Source: Basidiobolus meristosporus CBS 931.73 (lineage: Eukaryota > Fungi > Basidiobolomycota). Taken from it: a stretch of DNA of 64,000 nucleotides. The stretch covers positions 1-64,000 of the forward strand of contig MCFE01000106.1 of assembly GCA_002104905.1 (NCBI GenBank). The letters run 5' to 3'. Position numbers and translations under genes: made by a program. The notes beneath the pieces were generated by a model. The model was not told the origin of the DNA, ran no database searches, and worked only from the letters and a program-made list of their open reading frames with translations. How positions within the stretch are numbered: position 1 is the first letter of the stretch; each line of letters opens with the position of its first letter. Shown here one piece after another: positions 12,519 through 27,452 of the stretch.

Positions 12519-15060
12519 CTTTTTGGACACCCTCACATTTTGGGAACTTCCAACAGAGCCAGAAGCTCCGAATCTTCTAGCAGTCGTGGAGAAGCTACGA
12601 CGAATTAATCCGGAATACAAAGTGCGCATCATGTTCGAATATGCTCAGTTCTTATATGAAACGGAAGGCTCTATGACTATAAAGCACACAAAAAGGTTAT
12701 TCCTCAGAAGACTCTGGACAATCCCATCCGCAAGGATGGCTGCATGTGCACTTACCAAATATCCACGAGAATGCCTGGAGATACGTCCGGTAAATATTTG
12801 TGAAGAGAGGTACTGACGAAACGAAGACAGGCCGGTTCTCCGCAATCAAAAATTCAGTAGGGAATTACTGGCAAGTACTTTTTTATTACAGGAATCTACC
12901 GAAATATATCATGAATGATCCCAAAACTCCATGACCATTTCTGAATGGATGATTATTTGATTTGCCGATTTTGGGATACAGCACGATGAGCCGACAGGGA
13001 AAACCCTCCCACCTGCACCCTTACTCATTGGTTGTAAGAAAATATTGGGGAATAGGTGGGGAATCAGTGCACACTCTTGTGCCATTGATCCCCAACTCAC
13101 TCCCGCCTGTTGAGTAAAATTTTCATCCCAACCGATTCCTCACTATATATACCAAAAGCTGTCTAACTGGCCCATAGGGCGATGATTACCAGAGCGCTTC
13201 GTTCACCGAGTGCAACCGCGTCCAAGTGATGCAAATGGCAAGTGTGTCAAGAACTACTGTAGGCCGGCTATAGACAGCAGCAACATTGGCGGAGACTCAC
13301 AAATCTCGCTTGCCCAAGATTCATGCAGTGATGAGATGCACTTGGCATCGAGCATTTTCACGTGACAAGGATGGTGTGAGGCACCGAACAAATGGAACCA
13401 GCAATGCATTCTAATGTTGATTGAGCAACACTGAAACAACCATAGAGGGACTGTCATAAATCATTTGGATCATGGATATCAAAACAGCAGCAAGTTGACT
13501 ATCGGCGTATACTCAGCTAGTCTCAGAACGGGCACACTTATAGGTTGACAGCAAAACACAAGCTCTTTTACCAGTCATACACCGTCCCGTCTGGAACCAG
13601 CATAATGCACTATTCTGTGTGCAGGATAAGCTTGAGATGAGTATGTTGCCTATGATGCCAATGGTGCCTGTTTCAACAGGGCAATAAAAATAGGACCTTT
13701 AGGCTGAAAAGCGATTATCGTGGAGCCATACATGCCATGGAAAGTATGGTCATCTCGATTACTATAGTAGGAATGCGGCAGCTTTTGGTTGTACATTCAT
13801 GAATAATTTATCCTTGATTTGTATCCACCACTTGCAACGAAAGGGCGCTGCTAATCTTCTATTAGGCGTCCCATCGCAGTCGCCATTCCCAGTTGGCACC
13901 TTAGCTGAATACGCTGTATCCCACCAAAGAATGCTTCAGGAATACCCGGGTATGCGCTGAGCGGTTGAACGTACTAAGCTTGCGCAGCATTCGCCTTGGC
14001 TAAGGCAATTGGTGGAAGTTGGGCGTGGCTGCTGAGTCAATTCTGGCTGATCATGGCAACACCCTCATCGCTATGGTTACTTACTACACATGGAAATCCA
14101 TTTGGATCAATCAGACTTGGGAGCCACTGCAATCTTGGGATTGCTCCACTGGCAGCAAAGTGCTTTGTCACTAACCATTCGAGGGATGGATACGACTAGA
14201 TTCTCATACGCTCCGTAATGACGCTGGCTGGGCATTGCAATCCCTTGATAAGCAGTTACCCGAGGAGATGAAGACACCAATGATGAGTTGGCACCACCTT
14301 GATGTAGATGGGACATGATAGGGCATTCAGAAGTGATTGTGAATGTGTAATCGTGCCAGAGTTCTGTTTGGGTGAGATATCCTGATTCCAAGGATTCGAC
14401 TGATGCCGAGCCACTGAGTGGCCAAACTCGAGCCACTTCGATCGCTGATAAACTTCCCCGCCGCTGCAGTTGGTTGATTCCCAGGACTGGTAATATATAT
14501 AGGACTTGTAACAGGGGTCCTGTCTATCGTTCCTATTCGGAGATGGGTGATTGGCCACCTATTGTCTGCTTTGAAAGAGGATGGCACTAGCTGAAGAGCG
14601 CAACGGATTCCTGCATTGACTCATTCAAGATCTGTGTAACCAACAGAGCCATGAGTCTCCTAGCACTCAGTGGTCATCGAGCCTAGTGGTGCCCTCACCA
14701 GTGCTTTTCATCCTGATCCTGAATATTCAGTCATGGCAACGTATTCTAGCTGGTTCCTTTTTTTATGAACACCCAGTGACATCCATGATCTGTGGAACAA
14801 AGTGTGTTATCGACGGATGGTTGGCCATACAGCTTCGAGCGAGACTGCGATTGAACATTTATAATGATCTTCATTAGCCTGCCATCTTGATCAGCGGGGA
14901 AATGAACCCTTGATCAGCACTGTTACCGATTAATAGATTACAACTTCGCGGTGGAAATCTCGGCCATTGGATATGATGATCATTTGGCATACCACCGAAT
15001 GGCTTTGATTCAGTTCCAAGTTGACGAATTCCCGGAGCCGGCTCGGTTTTTTTAGTCATG

Positions 15061-15072
15061 CCTTATATAAGG
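15061..15072 (+). promoter_or_regulatory. TATA-like palindrome CCTTATATAAGG upstream of the forkhead gene
   Basis: Perfect 12-bp palindrome containing TATATAA, about 75 bp upstream of ATG 15148. Function is inferred only. Confidence 0.3.
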
Positions 15073-15147
15073 GCGCCGTCTGCCTGACGATTTATCATTC
15101 AGTTTCGATCCACTCCTCAGCCTCTATAGCTACTGAAACAGTTCAGC

Positions 15148-16191
15148 ATGGTTTCTCCTGTCCATCTTCAAATGAACCCCAATTCAGAGGATTACTCCGA
15201 CCCTTCTGACTCTTCCGCCTGCCCTTCACCCACCACCTCTTACTCCGAATACGGTTCTGAGATCACCGAGGAAGAGTACCCTCAAAACACCGTTGAAGAC
15301 AAGAGTCCCAACGAGCCCAAACTAACGTATGCGACGCTGATTGCCCAGGCAATCATGTCCACAGCTGAGCAAAAGACGCTGCTACAAGACATCTACTCGT
15401 ACATCACAACCAACTACGAATACTATCGAACATGTAACAAACAGTGGCAGGTAAGGCAAAGTCCACGCTAATCTCGTTCTCAGCTACATGCTCAATTTCG
15501 ATTCTAGAATTCTATTCGCCACAATCTCTCCCTTCACAAAGCCTTTTGCAAACTCCCACGGCAAAAGGGGACTCCCGGAAAAGGGAACTTCTGGACCTTG
15601 ACCGACGAGTATAGAAAGTTCTTCATCGACGGAGAGCTGCATATTCCCAAGGGCTACGAGCTAGACAAAGAAGGAGCCAAAGCCAAAAACAAGGGCAAAA
15701 TCACCAAGGCGATTGTGCGTAGCCAGGCTGCCCCATACTACAAGCCCTCTGAGCAGAGCGTTTTCTCCTCGTCGCTTACTCGCACAAATGACTCCAGCCA
15801 TCGTACGATACCATCCACCAATCCGAATCCCTACTCCGACTTACCACCTACACCAGACTCTGCCCCAGATATGCTCAGCTACAGGCCTGAAGATCCGCTC
15901 CATTCTGCTTGTTTAAAAACCTCGGGGCTGACGGGATATGTGGAGATTGGGGCAATCAGTCAACCCGTATTCCCAGAGCTAAACCTCAACAACATGGACA
16001 TCTACCAGCTGCTTTACAGCAACTCATTGGCGTCTCTGCCATACCAGGGGACCCTCTACAGTAGCTATCCCGAGCTAAAAAGCCACTTGTCAGACATGAC
16101 GGTTGCCCCTGAACTTCTTATGGGACCCAACACCGGCTACGCACAGCCCACAGAATTGTTCGAGGTGGAGAGCTTTTTGAATTTCGAGTAA
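15148..16191 (+). CDS. Forkhead (winged-helix) transcription factor, 2 exons (intron about 15451-15507)
   Basis: [45 protein letters not shown]|[31 protein letters not shown] is a complete forkhead domain split by a GTAAGG...TAG intron. Confidence 0.93.
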
Positions 16192-18591
16192 GCGTTTCTG
16201 GTGAAGTCCATAGGATGGCATTACACTGTACATAAGCCTCTCTAATGACATCCACATGTCTCCTTAACCATGCATGTAATCATAATCAATGCCCCTGATC
16301 TATTATGAACAATAAATAATAGAAATGTACAAAACAGCCGAGCAGCACCTTGGCATGCACCCTGCCACACAGTGGCGTGGCAGCCGTTGCTTCCAACCGA
16401 CAAGCAGAGCGACTACCGTCGCCGCAGCGGGAATGTTAGGAAGTGATGGCGAATCAGGCATAAAGCCGAAACCAAGATGGTCGAGCAAGATCACCCAAGT
16501 AGGTCCCAAAACGGCCGTAGCCATGTTTCCTCTGGGAAAAAAATGAAACCTATTGGCAACCTAATCCCAATCCCAAAATGTGGCTGATTTGACGATCGGT
16601 AAATTTCTCAATCGGGACGTTTTTCCATGGCCAAATCCGTGTGCGTCTGACGAAAGTGAGTTCCCATGCTACATACTAGGGTCGCGTTGGAGAGCCGATG
16701 GAATCATCGAGGGTCCTGCTCCAGTTCCAAGAGACGCCCGTCCCGCAAGGCCGATGAACGAGTTGCTTAATTGAATAAATTGCATCTTGTTACATTTCAT
16801 AAATCCCTGCCGGTTTGTCTGATGCTGGGCGATGCAATTGGCAGATGGTTTAGATCCAATACCCAGTGGATTCGATTGAGACTTGATTACTCGGGCGATC
16901 GGCTACGCAATTACCATAAACAAAGCGCAAATATAAAGGCCGATATTCCCATTCGTAGCTTCATTGGATGCCAATGCTGGCCAGTAAAACATCTCGATTG
17001 GATGAGCAAATCGAATCGCGTGTGAGCAGGCGTGAACATGAGGGTTCTGGCGAGGGAAGGCGCAGAGGACTGCACGTCGAATCTGTATTCCATTGTTTGA
17101 CAATCTCTGCTCGACATCCCCAATGAGACTTGCCAATTTGGGCAGCCCTCTCCAGCACTAGACTCCACCCCTCTTAGCCGAAACGTGCCAAATCCAACAT
17201 GGACCCGTCAGATCCATGATTCTAGATTATGGCCTGTTCGATGCATGGGGTAAATACGGAGCGAAGCAACAATCCTATCCTGAAGGGCCATATAGGGACC
17301 CATGCCACTTTGTGCACTGTACGGCATTCGTTTCCGAAGAGTGACCTAGTACAGCAAACTTGTAACTGCCCATCTCTTCCGCAAACCGAATGCCATCATC
17401 GACGGACAAACAAGCAAATGAAGCAGCGTGCATCTCTGCAGCAAGATTGAGGTGGCAATTCCATCACTTGTGGCCCGCGAAGCCTTGCTCCATTGGTTAG
17501 AGGGCTGGTGTAGGGATCGGGCGGGCTGGCCTAAATCTAGGTCCCTTGAAGCTCGTGCTCCATGCTGCACCTGGAATTGGTCATCATCGACATTGGAATC
17601 TACGGGCCCGATAATCTAAACGGGGTTGTGGATTGATGAAGTATTTTTAGATTTCGGTCTCAGATAAATGGATCTGCTTTTTTTGGCCATCTTACGAAAC
17701 CAACTTTAATCTAGAATAGACTACCAATGAGCTTCTCGGATACTTGGGTGACCCGCTCGAAATAGAACGCCACCAGCACACGCTGCGAGAGGCACTGCAT
17801 GCCTGTGTCTGCAAGTGGAGTCCATCTGAATAGCTTGTCATGATGGTGCAGCGGGTCTTGATGGCATGATTGGATCCATATGGCAGAGATAACGAAGGCG
17901 ATGGCCTATCAATTTCCAATCGGGGTTAACGTTGTGAATGGAGGGCCCTCTAGGGTGTCCTGCTGGCACAGAGCGACCAAGATGGTAAAAGGTTGAGTGT
18001 TGCCGCCCCCATGGAGTTGCATCCAATGTCCAGGATGTCCAGCCGCCCCACACAACACTGGTAAATTAAGCGACGTACCACTGTTTGATCTACGATCCCA
18101 GTAATCAATCTGGTCAGAGGCACCCACTTGATCCGGGAAATCACTTTGGGAAACCCGGCCATGGCCTAACTCATATTTGGAAATTCGGCCAGCTGGCACA
18201 CCTTCACCTTCATGGTTGGCGAGCTTGGCCAAGACCAACAGGTATCGAGTGATAAGGGAAGCCACGAGGGCGATTGGGTTGCTGGTGAAATTACAAGTTT
18301 AATCGTCTCATGTAGAGAACACCGGTGATCCATCCAACCGAGCTATACATGTTGGAGGCACGGGAGAGAGTCAACAACTGACAGGGCCAGTATCCGAACT
18401 GGACTCCGGTCGGAAGACTGTGTGCGGGATATGGATATAGATACGGTTTTATCAAAGGGAGATCTGAAAATATTGCACAACCAAGATTGCCGACATGTAG
18501 CAACCATGACATAAGAGTAGATAACAGGGGGATACAAAGAATCGATTGGGGGAAGATTCGTCGCAAGCGTATCGACAGTCAAACTGTGCTT

Positions 18592-18885
18592 TCATAGGCC
18601 AGCTTGTCGACCGTGAAGGTAGAACCGCAATCTCGAATCCACATTCGGTTTCTCTTTGGCCACACGAGCCCGTTGAATGTACATTGTGGCATCCTGCAAG
18701 AATTGTCTGGCCGGAATGGTGGTGGTGATGGAGGGACTGCTTTCTACCGAGGAGGCCAGGGACGAGAGGGAAAGGGCCCTGGAAAGTCTTGGGCTGGGTG
18801 GAGCTTGATGGGATTCCCGTCGTGAAGCCAAGAGATCATAGAACGCCTCCACATCCTGCAGAAAGCTAGCGGAGACAACTGGCAT
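18592..18885 (-). CDS. Hypothetical Ser/Pro-rich ORF, possibly the first exon of an unresolved gene
   Basis: 97-aa ATG-started ORF in GC-rich, coding-like sequence. No family recognised and downstream exons not resolved. Confidence 0.3.
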   Translation of the reverse strand: MPVVSASFLQDVEAFYDLLASRRESHQAPPSPRLSRALSLSSLASSVESSPSITTTIPARQFLQDATMYIQRARVAKEKPNVDSRLRFYLHGRQAGL

Positions 18886-19602
18886 GTTGGTGCTTCGTTA
18901 AAATCAAAAACAAATTGGGTTGTTGGGTTAATTCACGGGGTTTGCTTCGCTAAGGCACTAAGCCGTTAATGGATTGGGAAATACTTGGGCTTCGAGTCTC
19001 TTGAGAAACGGATCAGGTCGGCTAGGTTTTACAAAGTGGGCCGCGAGTAGGTCTCCACATTTATATGCCACCGGTTTTCTCGAAGGGAAGACCATGCAAT
19101 AACACCAACATCGTTGACGGCGAAGGTGGCTATAGAGTGTTTGGTACGAAGCAGGCCTACATTGCCCAGCTGCGGGTTTGGTTATCAAGCGGAGGGGCCG
19201 AGTTAGATATGCAGTGCTCACTAATCCATCAAACAACCAGCGAGATTACGGAGATCCTGGGTATATATTCCCAATGGAATCATGTTTCATTTGTTATTGT
19301 GCTTGGGTCGCAACGATTCCTTATCCTCAGGCTGTTGGACTCCTCCATTGTCTGTTTCCTACTCAAACTCGGTGCCTATTAACCCACCTTTGATGAGACA
19401 GAAAGCATGCATTCATCGGATTTATTGAGGTTGATGTGAAATGGAGAGGATCACATGATCATAGGGGATGGGGTTGCTATGGTGCTGGGAACAGGAAAGC
19501 GCTTAAACAATAATGATAGGGAAGAGTTCATCATGGAACAGTGTGGATTTCATCTATCCGTTAGTTAGTCTCCTGCAAAGCTAGGCTTCGTGTATCATCA
19601 CG

Positions 19603-22600
19603 TTAAACACCTTGAACAACAAATACTCCTTGAGCGCCCATTGTACCCTCTGCGGAGAGAGGTGGCTCGTAGAAGAACGAAACGATAAACACTAAATAGC
19701 TAAGGCAAAGAATGGATCCCTTGAAGTAGTTGCTCTTTCCCTCGGAGTAAGTATACGTCAGAAGGAAGACGGAGAAGAGCACCGTGATCACATCCCAACG
19801 TGGGAAGATTAGCGTGAAGGTGTTGTGAATTCCCTCGACGAGACCCTGGCTATGCCAAGCCGAAAACGCCACCAATGCAGGGATTTGCAACAAACTGACT
19901 TGTACAGCGTATGCGGAACCAATCTCTAAACTCAAGGCGATGTTTCCGTACATCGCAAATGAGATGGCATTCATGAACTCGGTCACATTGGGGACCAGTG
20001 CAAACAAGGTGATCCCCAGGAACTTCTCTTCTATACTCATTCCGTCGATCACGAAATCCACTGAGTCCACCAACAGCTCGGCGATGGCGGCAAAGAGGAC
20101 TGTCGAGGATAGAAGCACAATGGTGGACTTCTTGTTTCCCCACTCGGGCGCATCGTGACCTCCGTGTTCCTCGTCATCTTCGTCGTCTTCAAATAGATTC
20201 GCATCCCCGAGATTCTCGAGCATATTTGCCGGCAATGGACTGCTTTGGGGGGTTCCATGCTCCTCGGCAGTAGGTAGAGGCTCAGGTGCGAATAGGTTTT
20301 GCAGAGTGTTTTCACCTCCTCCATTTCCATTGAGATGCTGCTGCTCTATAGCATGTACCGTGGCATAGTGGTGCTGGGGGATGATCTGCTGCAACAGTCT
20401 CTGATACAATGATACCCTGCTCTTGTCAACATCGGCGTTTGCGTGGTGATAGATATGCTTGACATGGGTTCTCAACGTAAACCACAAACCAATGAAATAC
20501 GCCAAGGGGAGGATGGCAGCGCAGATGTACATTAAAGGTTTCGTGTTGTTGAGGTAGAAGGGATCCCGAGTAGGGTGGATCTGGTTGTATGAGCATTGTC
20601 TGCAGCCCCAGCTACTCTCATTCCCAATGTTACTGGGACACTCCGAGCACTTCAGCTCGAATGTGCCATAGATTTGGTAGAAGAGCGTGGGGGTGAATGC
20701 GCCAATAAGCGACATGATAAGGAATGTAGTTGTGACACCTATGAGTAGCGCAATTCGGTTAGTTCGGGCACAAGCACTTCAACAAATATTCTGATTCTAG
20801 TTACCAGCACTCTTGGCATTAAACTTCTGGATTTTCTTTTTCAAACCGCCACTAAGCATACTGACACCGGGCATGAGCAGAAGACCGGCGAGGAAACTGC
20901 CAATGATACTGCCTTCAACAAGAACGCCTTTACCATCTGCTATGGCCATGCCATAGAGAATGATTTCGACTATACTGCCGAAGGTGGCATTGATGACTGC
21001 ACCCATTCCAAGCGAACTCTGGGCGCTGATCGATGAAACAGCCATACCGATGAAATAGGCAAGAGGGATGACCGAAAACAAGCAGAGAGTGAAGATAACG
21101 CCTGGCTGGGCGATTGCCGCCTCGTGATTGGTCCAGGGGCCGATAACGTGAGCATCAAACAGCACGAAGAGAACGACGGGCATCAAGTTGATAAACAAAA
21201 TGTTGATTCCGTCATACGTGTATTTGTAGTATTGGAGCCCGATTGCTTTATAGGTACAGAGCAGAATCTGGGAATTGGGTGCGCGTGGCCCACAAAGGGC
21301 AGATCCGTTCTTGAAGTGCAACTTAAGGGGGGTCCGTCTCAAATGCTTGTTGAGAACAAACGTAAGCTTGGCCATGGGTACGGAGATTACGAAGAACCAA
21401 CAGAGGGCAGCAACAAACATCAAAAGAGGCGCTATACAGCCAGTAAATATCAACTCAAAGGTACTACGCATTGTTATTTCACTTACTGATTACAAAAGTC
21501 AGCCAGAAATAGTAGACGAACCCTGCAAAGGTTAACTTGGACCAAGGGGTAACCTTCGCCTTGCACTTCGCACGAGCTTGTTGAGGGTCCCGCTCTTGGG
21601 CCTCGTCGTCTGAGCAAACTTGAGTGGGATGAATAACCGTGGAACGTGGCCGGGTGTAAACCCCTCCGCTTTCAATAGAATTGGTCCATGCTAAATCGAG
21701 GAAGTGACTATCCAGATGTTGACGAGTAATACCAGCGGGCATATCTTCAATTCCCTCAACATAACGGCCGAAAGGCCAGAACAAATACCAGGCCAAGCCG
21801 CGAAGAACACGAGCATATTCCTTGCCCCCGGATGGTGTAAAAGTGAGAAAGACTGATACCACCAAGCATATCAAAGCAATCCACCATCCAAACAGAAGTG
21901 TCCAGAGGATATTTCCAGGGTATAAAAAGAGCTCCCCTGTGGGAGAAGGGATGGAGTGTAAAGCGAAATAGGCACTTCGAGTAACGCTACGGGATTTCTT
22001 ATAAAGGGCTGGTTTCCAAAGTGGTAAGCCAAATGGATGGCTGGTATTGATCGCCTACAAGAGAAACCCAGTAAGCCAAAGTTATTTCCTACCCATGAAA
22101 TAGAATGTTACCTCTTGTCTATCCTTGAGGGTCATCTCTCTATCACTGCCGTCTTCATCGTCGTCCTCGTCGTCCTCGTTATCATCTGATCTAACTTCAT
22201 ATCGGCCATCGCCTTCTTCATCGGAAGAGCTATACCGATACTTGGATTTGTGGTTTCTTCTTCGAGAGCTTTGCCTACTATGGCGCTTGTAATGGCCGGA
22301 ATCTCGACTACTTGCGCTTGATGAATACGAGTTTCTTCTAGAGTTTGCTCTTGAGCGGCTCTTACGGTGATGTAGAGAGCTCTTCGAGTGCTGATGACGA
22401 AGCGGGGCTCTTTTCGGCGTAGTTGGGCTAGAGGTGTGGGGAGACTGTGTACCGGGGATGTTGATGACCGTATTTGTGGAGATTTTGCGAACCAGAGCGG
22501 GGTCTGGAATCTGGTTTGATGCTGGTTGGGAGGAGCTTGAGCCTTGTTGTTCAATTGCAACCGGCTCTTGAGTAGGTGAGGCCGTTCTGACGTTATCGTC

Positions 22601-22867
22601 CGTGGTTGATTGTGAAGTATTGGCGTGTCCCTCAAGTGCTGAAGTCTGCTCCTCAGGTATACCTGATTTATTGTTTTGACCGCTAGCTGGATCCATCTGA
22701 GAGAGGTTTTGCAGCTGTGGCGTTATTCCAGTAGGAGAGGTAGAATAAGAGGCAGCTGCTGGAGATAAGGAGGTGCGAGCTGTGTAAAATGTGCGTACGG
22801 AAGACGAAGTAAATGTTGAATCCAAGGTGTGGTGGTTGTTCTTAGAGCGAGAGGGTGTCTTACTCAT
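19603..22867 (-). CDS. VNX1: Vnx1-like vacuolar cation/H+ exchanger (CAX family, YccF-like segment plus Na_Ca_ex repeats), multi-exon
   Basis: Long acidic/Ser-rich N-terminus ending MTLKDRQE; NILWTLLFGWWIALICL segment; alpha-1 repeat GAVINATFGSIVEIILY..GSFLAGLLLMPG; alpha-2 repeat GITLFALVPNVTEFMNAISFAMYGNIALSLEIGSAYAVQV; C-terminal EGKSNYFKGSIL. Confidence 0.9.
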
Positions 22868-24731
22868 TTAAAGGGGATGAATCAAAATAGTTTCCCGATG
22901 ATACTTGATCAAGCCCCACCTGACGCATCTAACAGTTAGAGGAGTTCAGGGATATATATATCCATATATACTATATAATACGCTGGGGAGTACTGGATAT
23001 GATCAAGCAATGTATGCATGAGTAATTTTGGATCGTAGGGCACAATCTATTGATCTTCTACTTTCCAGAATGAGAAGTTTGAAAAATCGTTCACTGTCAC
23101 GGATGGAGTAGACCCGGCAAACAATGGACGCTCTTTGTCTTGCGCGTCTTGTGGTGGAGAATTGATGGCTGTCAGGACTGTACGGCGTCCTTGGGTTAAG
23201 GTGCTGGTCTTTGTTCGCCCGAACTCTGTGCTGAATCTACATACCCCATACAAATGATGGCCTGGTGGCACAGCACTAGGCTGTATTTCCGGATTTACAC
23301 CAGATAAATCACATCATTTTCGCAAACACCATATAGGATTACTGAAGCACAAACTCGTGGGATGAGTGGGCCATTGGTTAGTTCGAATTGTTTCGAACAA
23401 AGAACCCTCTTGGTGGCACACTACAGATATTGATGTTGCTCCATTGCGGGGTCTAGTTGGCCCGGCATTATCTTTATGACTGCTCTAAGCTCGACTGATA
23501 TGACTTGCCTCAGTTCATCATGACCAATTATTCGATGTATTCATTGACTTTGCCAGGTTGAGCGGTGTTGATTGGCCAGCTGCGGGGAATTCATCAATTA
23601 AGATCGATGCAGTGCTCTATTTGGGCCACGCCGAAAACGGAAGTCCAGCATGGTTGATCCTCGTGGAGCCCGGATCACTGGCTTCCATGTGTGCCATTGC
23701 AGTCCGAATTAACCGTTAGACAGCTTTCATATAACATACTCAATCACTGCTTCGCAGAGAAAACACCCCCGGCTCCTGCACACATCACTTGTACAAGGTG
23801 ATATTCGAACACGACAAATAAGTCAAAAACATCTTGGCCATAAATTACTGGATCAGGAATAGACGCAGAGGAGATGGTTTCGGGTAGCACTGCGCAGCTG
23901 GTCGCATTCTCCTGTTTGGTTTTCGGGACAAAGTCTCGCTTGGCTGTTGGTGCCTACTCAACACAGAGAGATGTCAAATAAGCACCTTGCATGTATCCCC
24001 AATAAAGGACATCGGCTGCTCCTCCGAGGCGACCAAGCCAGCGTCTTCGTATCATGGGTATCTGGACGTAGCTAGGGTTGCAGTGGGCACTATCAACGCT
24101 ACTCACTGTAGCGACCCTTGATGTTACAGCCTCTGGGCATGCACCGCTGCGTTGATTAACTATCGCAACAGTCTGGGGAACGGTTTGCGCTAATTAAGTT
24201 CTATATTTGATAATTGATCTTATGCTAGCAGTCAACCATCTTGGCATCCATCTTATTGTTTGTACATTACATGCAGCATGATTGAAGGCTCATATAGAAT
24301 CGCGCGATGTCATTGCATGCATGAGATTCAGTTCTTTGCAGCAACCGTGTATTATAGGGTCCGCTTGCTGTCAAAGCCGGTTTCGAACTAATTTGGTTGA
24401 ATGGATAATCAGTAGAGGCGATGGGGATGCCTGGCTAAACAAGCAATCTGAACTTAACTTGACGATTAAATTACTCACGGATTTCAGCATCGTTTCCAGG
24501 CATGGGACATGTGAGTACTTCTAATGGTCCCGATTTGTTTTTGATTTCATCCACCATTGAAGCGCTATTACTTCCTAACTCTTTCTCTCCACACCTGCGA
24601 AACTCCAGTCCTTACTCTTTTTCAGGGTGATATTGCAGCCGAGGAATATTTCTTTCTTGAAAAACTGGTTATTTATTTTCTGCCTTGCCACATTGTAACA
24701 TTGATTGCCATCACTACCCAGTCGTCGAAGG

Positions 24732-26574
24732 ATGGATTTCAGAGTAGGAAATAAATACAAACTAGGGAGAAAGATTGGCTCTGGTTCTTTTGGAGAAATC
24801 TATCTTGGTAAGTGTTTTCAGTGTCTCAATCAAGCCCATCTGCAGTATACTTGGTGGGATAAAGTGCTAATAACTGGAAGCACTTGTCTCTCTTCTTCGG
24901 TCAATGAACCAAATATTCCTTCGCAATTCAACTGTAACGCGCACACTACTACAGTTTTGCGCATGTGCTCGTTGTTGAAGTTCGCTGCTTTAATGCTTTC
25001 TGTTGTAGGCACTAACATTATAAGTGGCGAAGATGTTGCCGTCAAACTGGAGTCTGTTAAAGCACGCCATCCTCAACTTGAATACGAAGCCAAGGTCTAC
25101 AGATCCCTCGCTGGAGGTGTTGGCATTCCATTTGTGCGTTATTTCGGAGTAGAGATGGACTACAATTGCATGGTTATCGATCTACTTGGCCCTTCATTAG
25201 AAGATTTGTTTAATTTCCGCAATCGCAAATTCACCTTGAAGACTGTTCTTCTTCTTGCTGACCAACTGGTAATCTTATTCTCAGCTCACGCCATACTTGG
25301 GATTAACACCAACCTTGACTTGCGTAGATCTCCCGCATTGAATACATCCACTCAAAAAATTTCATTCATCGAGATATCAAGCCGGACAATTTCCTCATGG
25401 GGATTGGGAAGTGGGCAAACCACGTCAATGTGATCGATTTCGGACTTGCGAAGAAATATCGTGATCCTAGAACCCATCTTCACATCCCCTACAGAGAAAA
25501 CAAAAACCTAACGGGAACCGCGCGCTATGCCAGCATTAACACACACCTCGGGATCGGTACGTCTGATGCTAAACTTTCCTACGCCTCAGCATTTTCCCTA
25601 ACGCGATGGATGTTGTGTACAGAGCAATCCAGACGTGATGATTTGGAGTCACTCGGTTACGTCTTGATGTATTTCTTAAGAGGCTCCTTACCATGGCAGG
25701 GGCTAAAGGCTGCTACAAAGAAGCAGAAATACGATCGAATCATGGAGAAGAAGATGACCACCCCCACTGAGCTTCTCTGCCAAAGTTTCCCGAACGAGTT
25801 CTCAATTTATTTGAATTACACTCGAAGCCTTCGATTCGACGACAAACCAGACTACAGCTACCTGAGGAAGCTCTTTCGGGATTTGTTCATCCGCGAAGAG
25901 TTTCAGTACGACTATATATTCGATTGGACGGTTTCCGAGAAGGTACTCCTTAAATAAGCATTCCCAACTGCGCTAGTAGTAACAGCATGCGTCAGGAAAA
26001 GAAGCCTGGCAACGAGAATCAAGAGAATGTAAATTCCAACAATGCCAGAGAAGAGTATAGAGGCCATGGAGAGCACGTTAGTGACAGTTAACTCACCCCA
26101 CCGCTTATGAGTATTTCTTGCTAAATTGCACATCTTTTGTAGAAGGCTATCGGTAGAGAGAGAGCGGCCAATCGCAGAGGTCAGGCATCTAGTACCAATG
26201 CCGAACCTGGTTTTCGCCGTGCAGTTCGTGCTCCACAGCCTCCTGTTGCAGCAGGTGTTCCTGGTACACGTACATCGACTGTTCCTACACCATCTGGAAC
26301 TGTTGGCCGCACTGGTATGCGTCGGAAGGTTATCAATGGAGAAGAGGGAGTGGAAACAAGAACCAGGGCATCGATGGTTGGGTCGAGTGATCGCATGTAA
26401 CTTTGTTTAGGTTCCTGACAAGATTATTGACTGCGTTTCTAACCCATTCTCATGTAAATCGTTAGTCTGCGTAGTACCACCAAGGCAGCCGGGATCAACG
26501 TAATCAATCCTCCAAAATACAAGATCTCAGGCGATCCTGGGTTGCCACCCAACAGCTATGGCCATCGTGGGTAA
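24732..26574 (+). CDS. HRR25: Casein kinase I (Hrr25/Hhp1, CK1 delta/epsilon class), multi-exon
   Basis: [26 protein letters not shown]; [11 protein letters not shown]; [13 protein letters not shown]; [11 protein letters not shown]; [12 protein letters not shown]; [13 protein letters not shown]; [20 protein letters not shown]. The exon structure of the C-terminal tail is less certain. Confidence 0.95.
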
Positions 26575-27452
26575 ACCTACCAACAACTGGCTCAACCGTG
26601 CATCCTCAAGAACCACCAGACATTTGGCCCACTCCACTACTCGCTAGCTTCTTTCATTTCTTTCCCACGGAATTGACCTTTTCTATCATTATCAAAACTA
26701 TTCAGTGTCTTTGTATTTCTTATGCTCATCTCTTAGTACCGGTATGAATACTGTGAAGCATACGCCTCTCTGAATCCACTTTTCTGCTTACAACTGACTT
26801 GATGAGAAGGGAATATGATCGATAGTCTCGCTTAGAATGTATCTATTGATCGTAAATCAACAAAACATCAATAATTTTAGCGAGAAACGAATCTCGCTTC
26901 TCGAATATGGGCCATAGCATCACTTCCTATACATGTATTGTCAACATGCACAGCCTTATATGTGTCATGCAATTACTTGCCAACTCTCCTGCTCTCACCT
27001 CGTGTACATTTTGTGAAGTTGCTTGAATGAATCAATCCAAAAACTATCTGTCATCTGTCACGATCATTCTTGGTAGCCCTTGTGTTATGAAAGCGAGGAT
27101 GGAGTATGCTGTCGAGCCATGTGTCGATTGCTCTAGCGTAGCCAAGCTAGTTGGTGGGCATGATTGACACGTGAGGCTCATGCCACCTGGTTGAGCCCAA
27201 GGGTCACCATAACCAAGGCAACTTGCTCGATTCAGGTTTGAATGATACCATGTTTTACTTGAACACAATGCGCTGACATACATATCAACCACACCACAGC
27301 ATACCGAAATTAGAAAGAAGTGACAGGGCTCAAATTTCTTACGCCAAAAGTAGTCTTCAAGCAGAGTTTAATTAATGGTATGGGCTTGGAGGTCGGTGAA
27401 ATTATGCTCAGAACGAGAACCTTGTCATCTTTTGTGCAACAGATAACGAAGT

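Noticed and set aside
12600-14700. Overlapping short ORFs on both strands
   Set aside because: Probably contains a spliced gene, but no frame gave a recognisable protein. Trm44, Mss51 and Rpr2 resemblances did not hold up.
18343-18885. Two in-frame minus-strand ORFs separated by one TGA (selenocysteine or readthrough?)
   Set aside because: No selenoprotein-like context, no identifiable SECIS and no homology support. An unresolved intron or chance is more likely.
25397-25430. CK1 segment GIGKWANHV instead of the usual GIGKRGNQV
   Set aside because: All catalytic motifs are intact; this is ordinary paralogue divergence in a variable loop.
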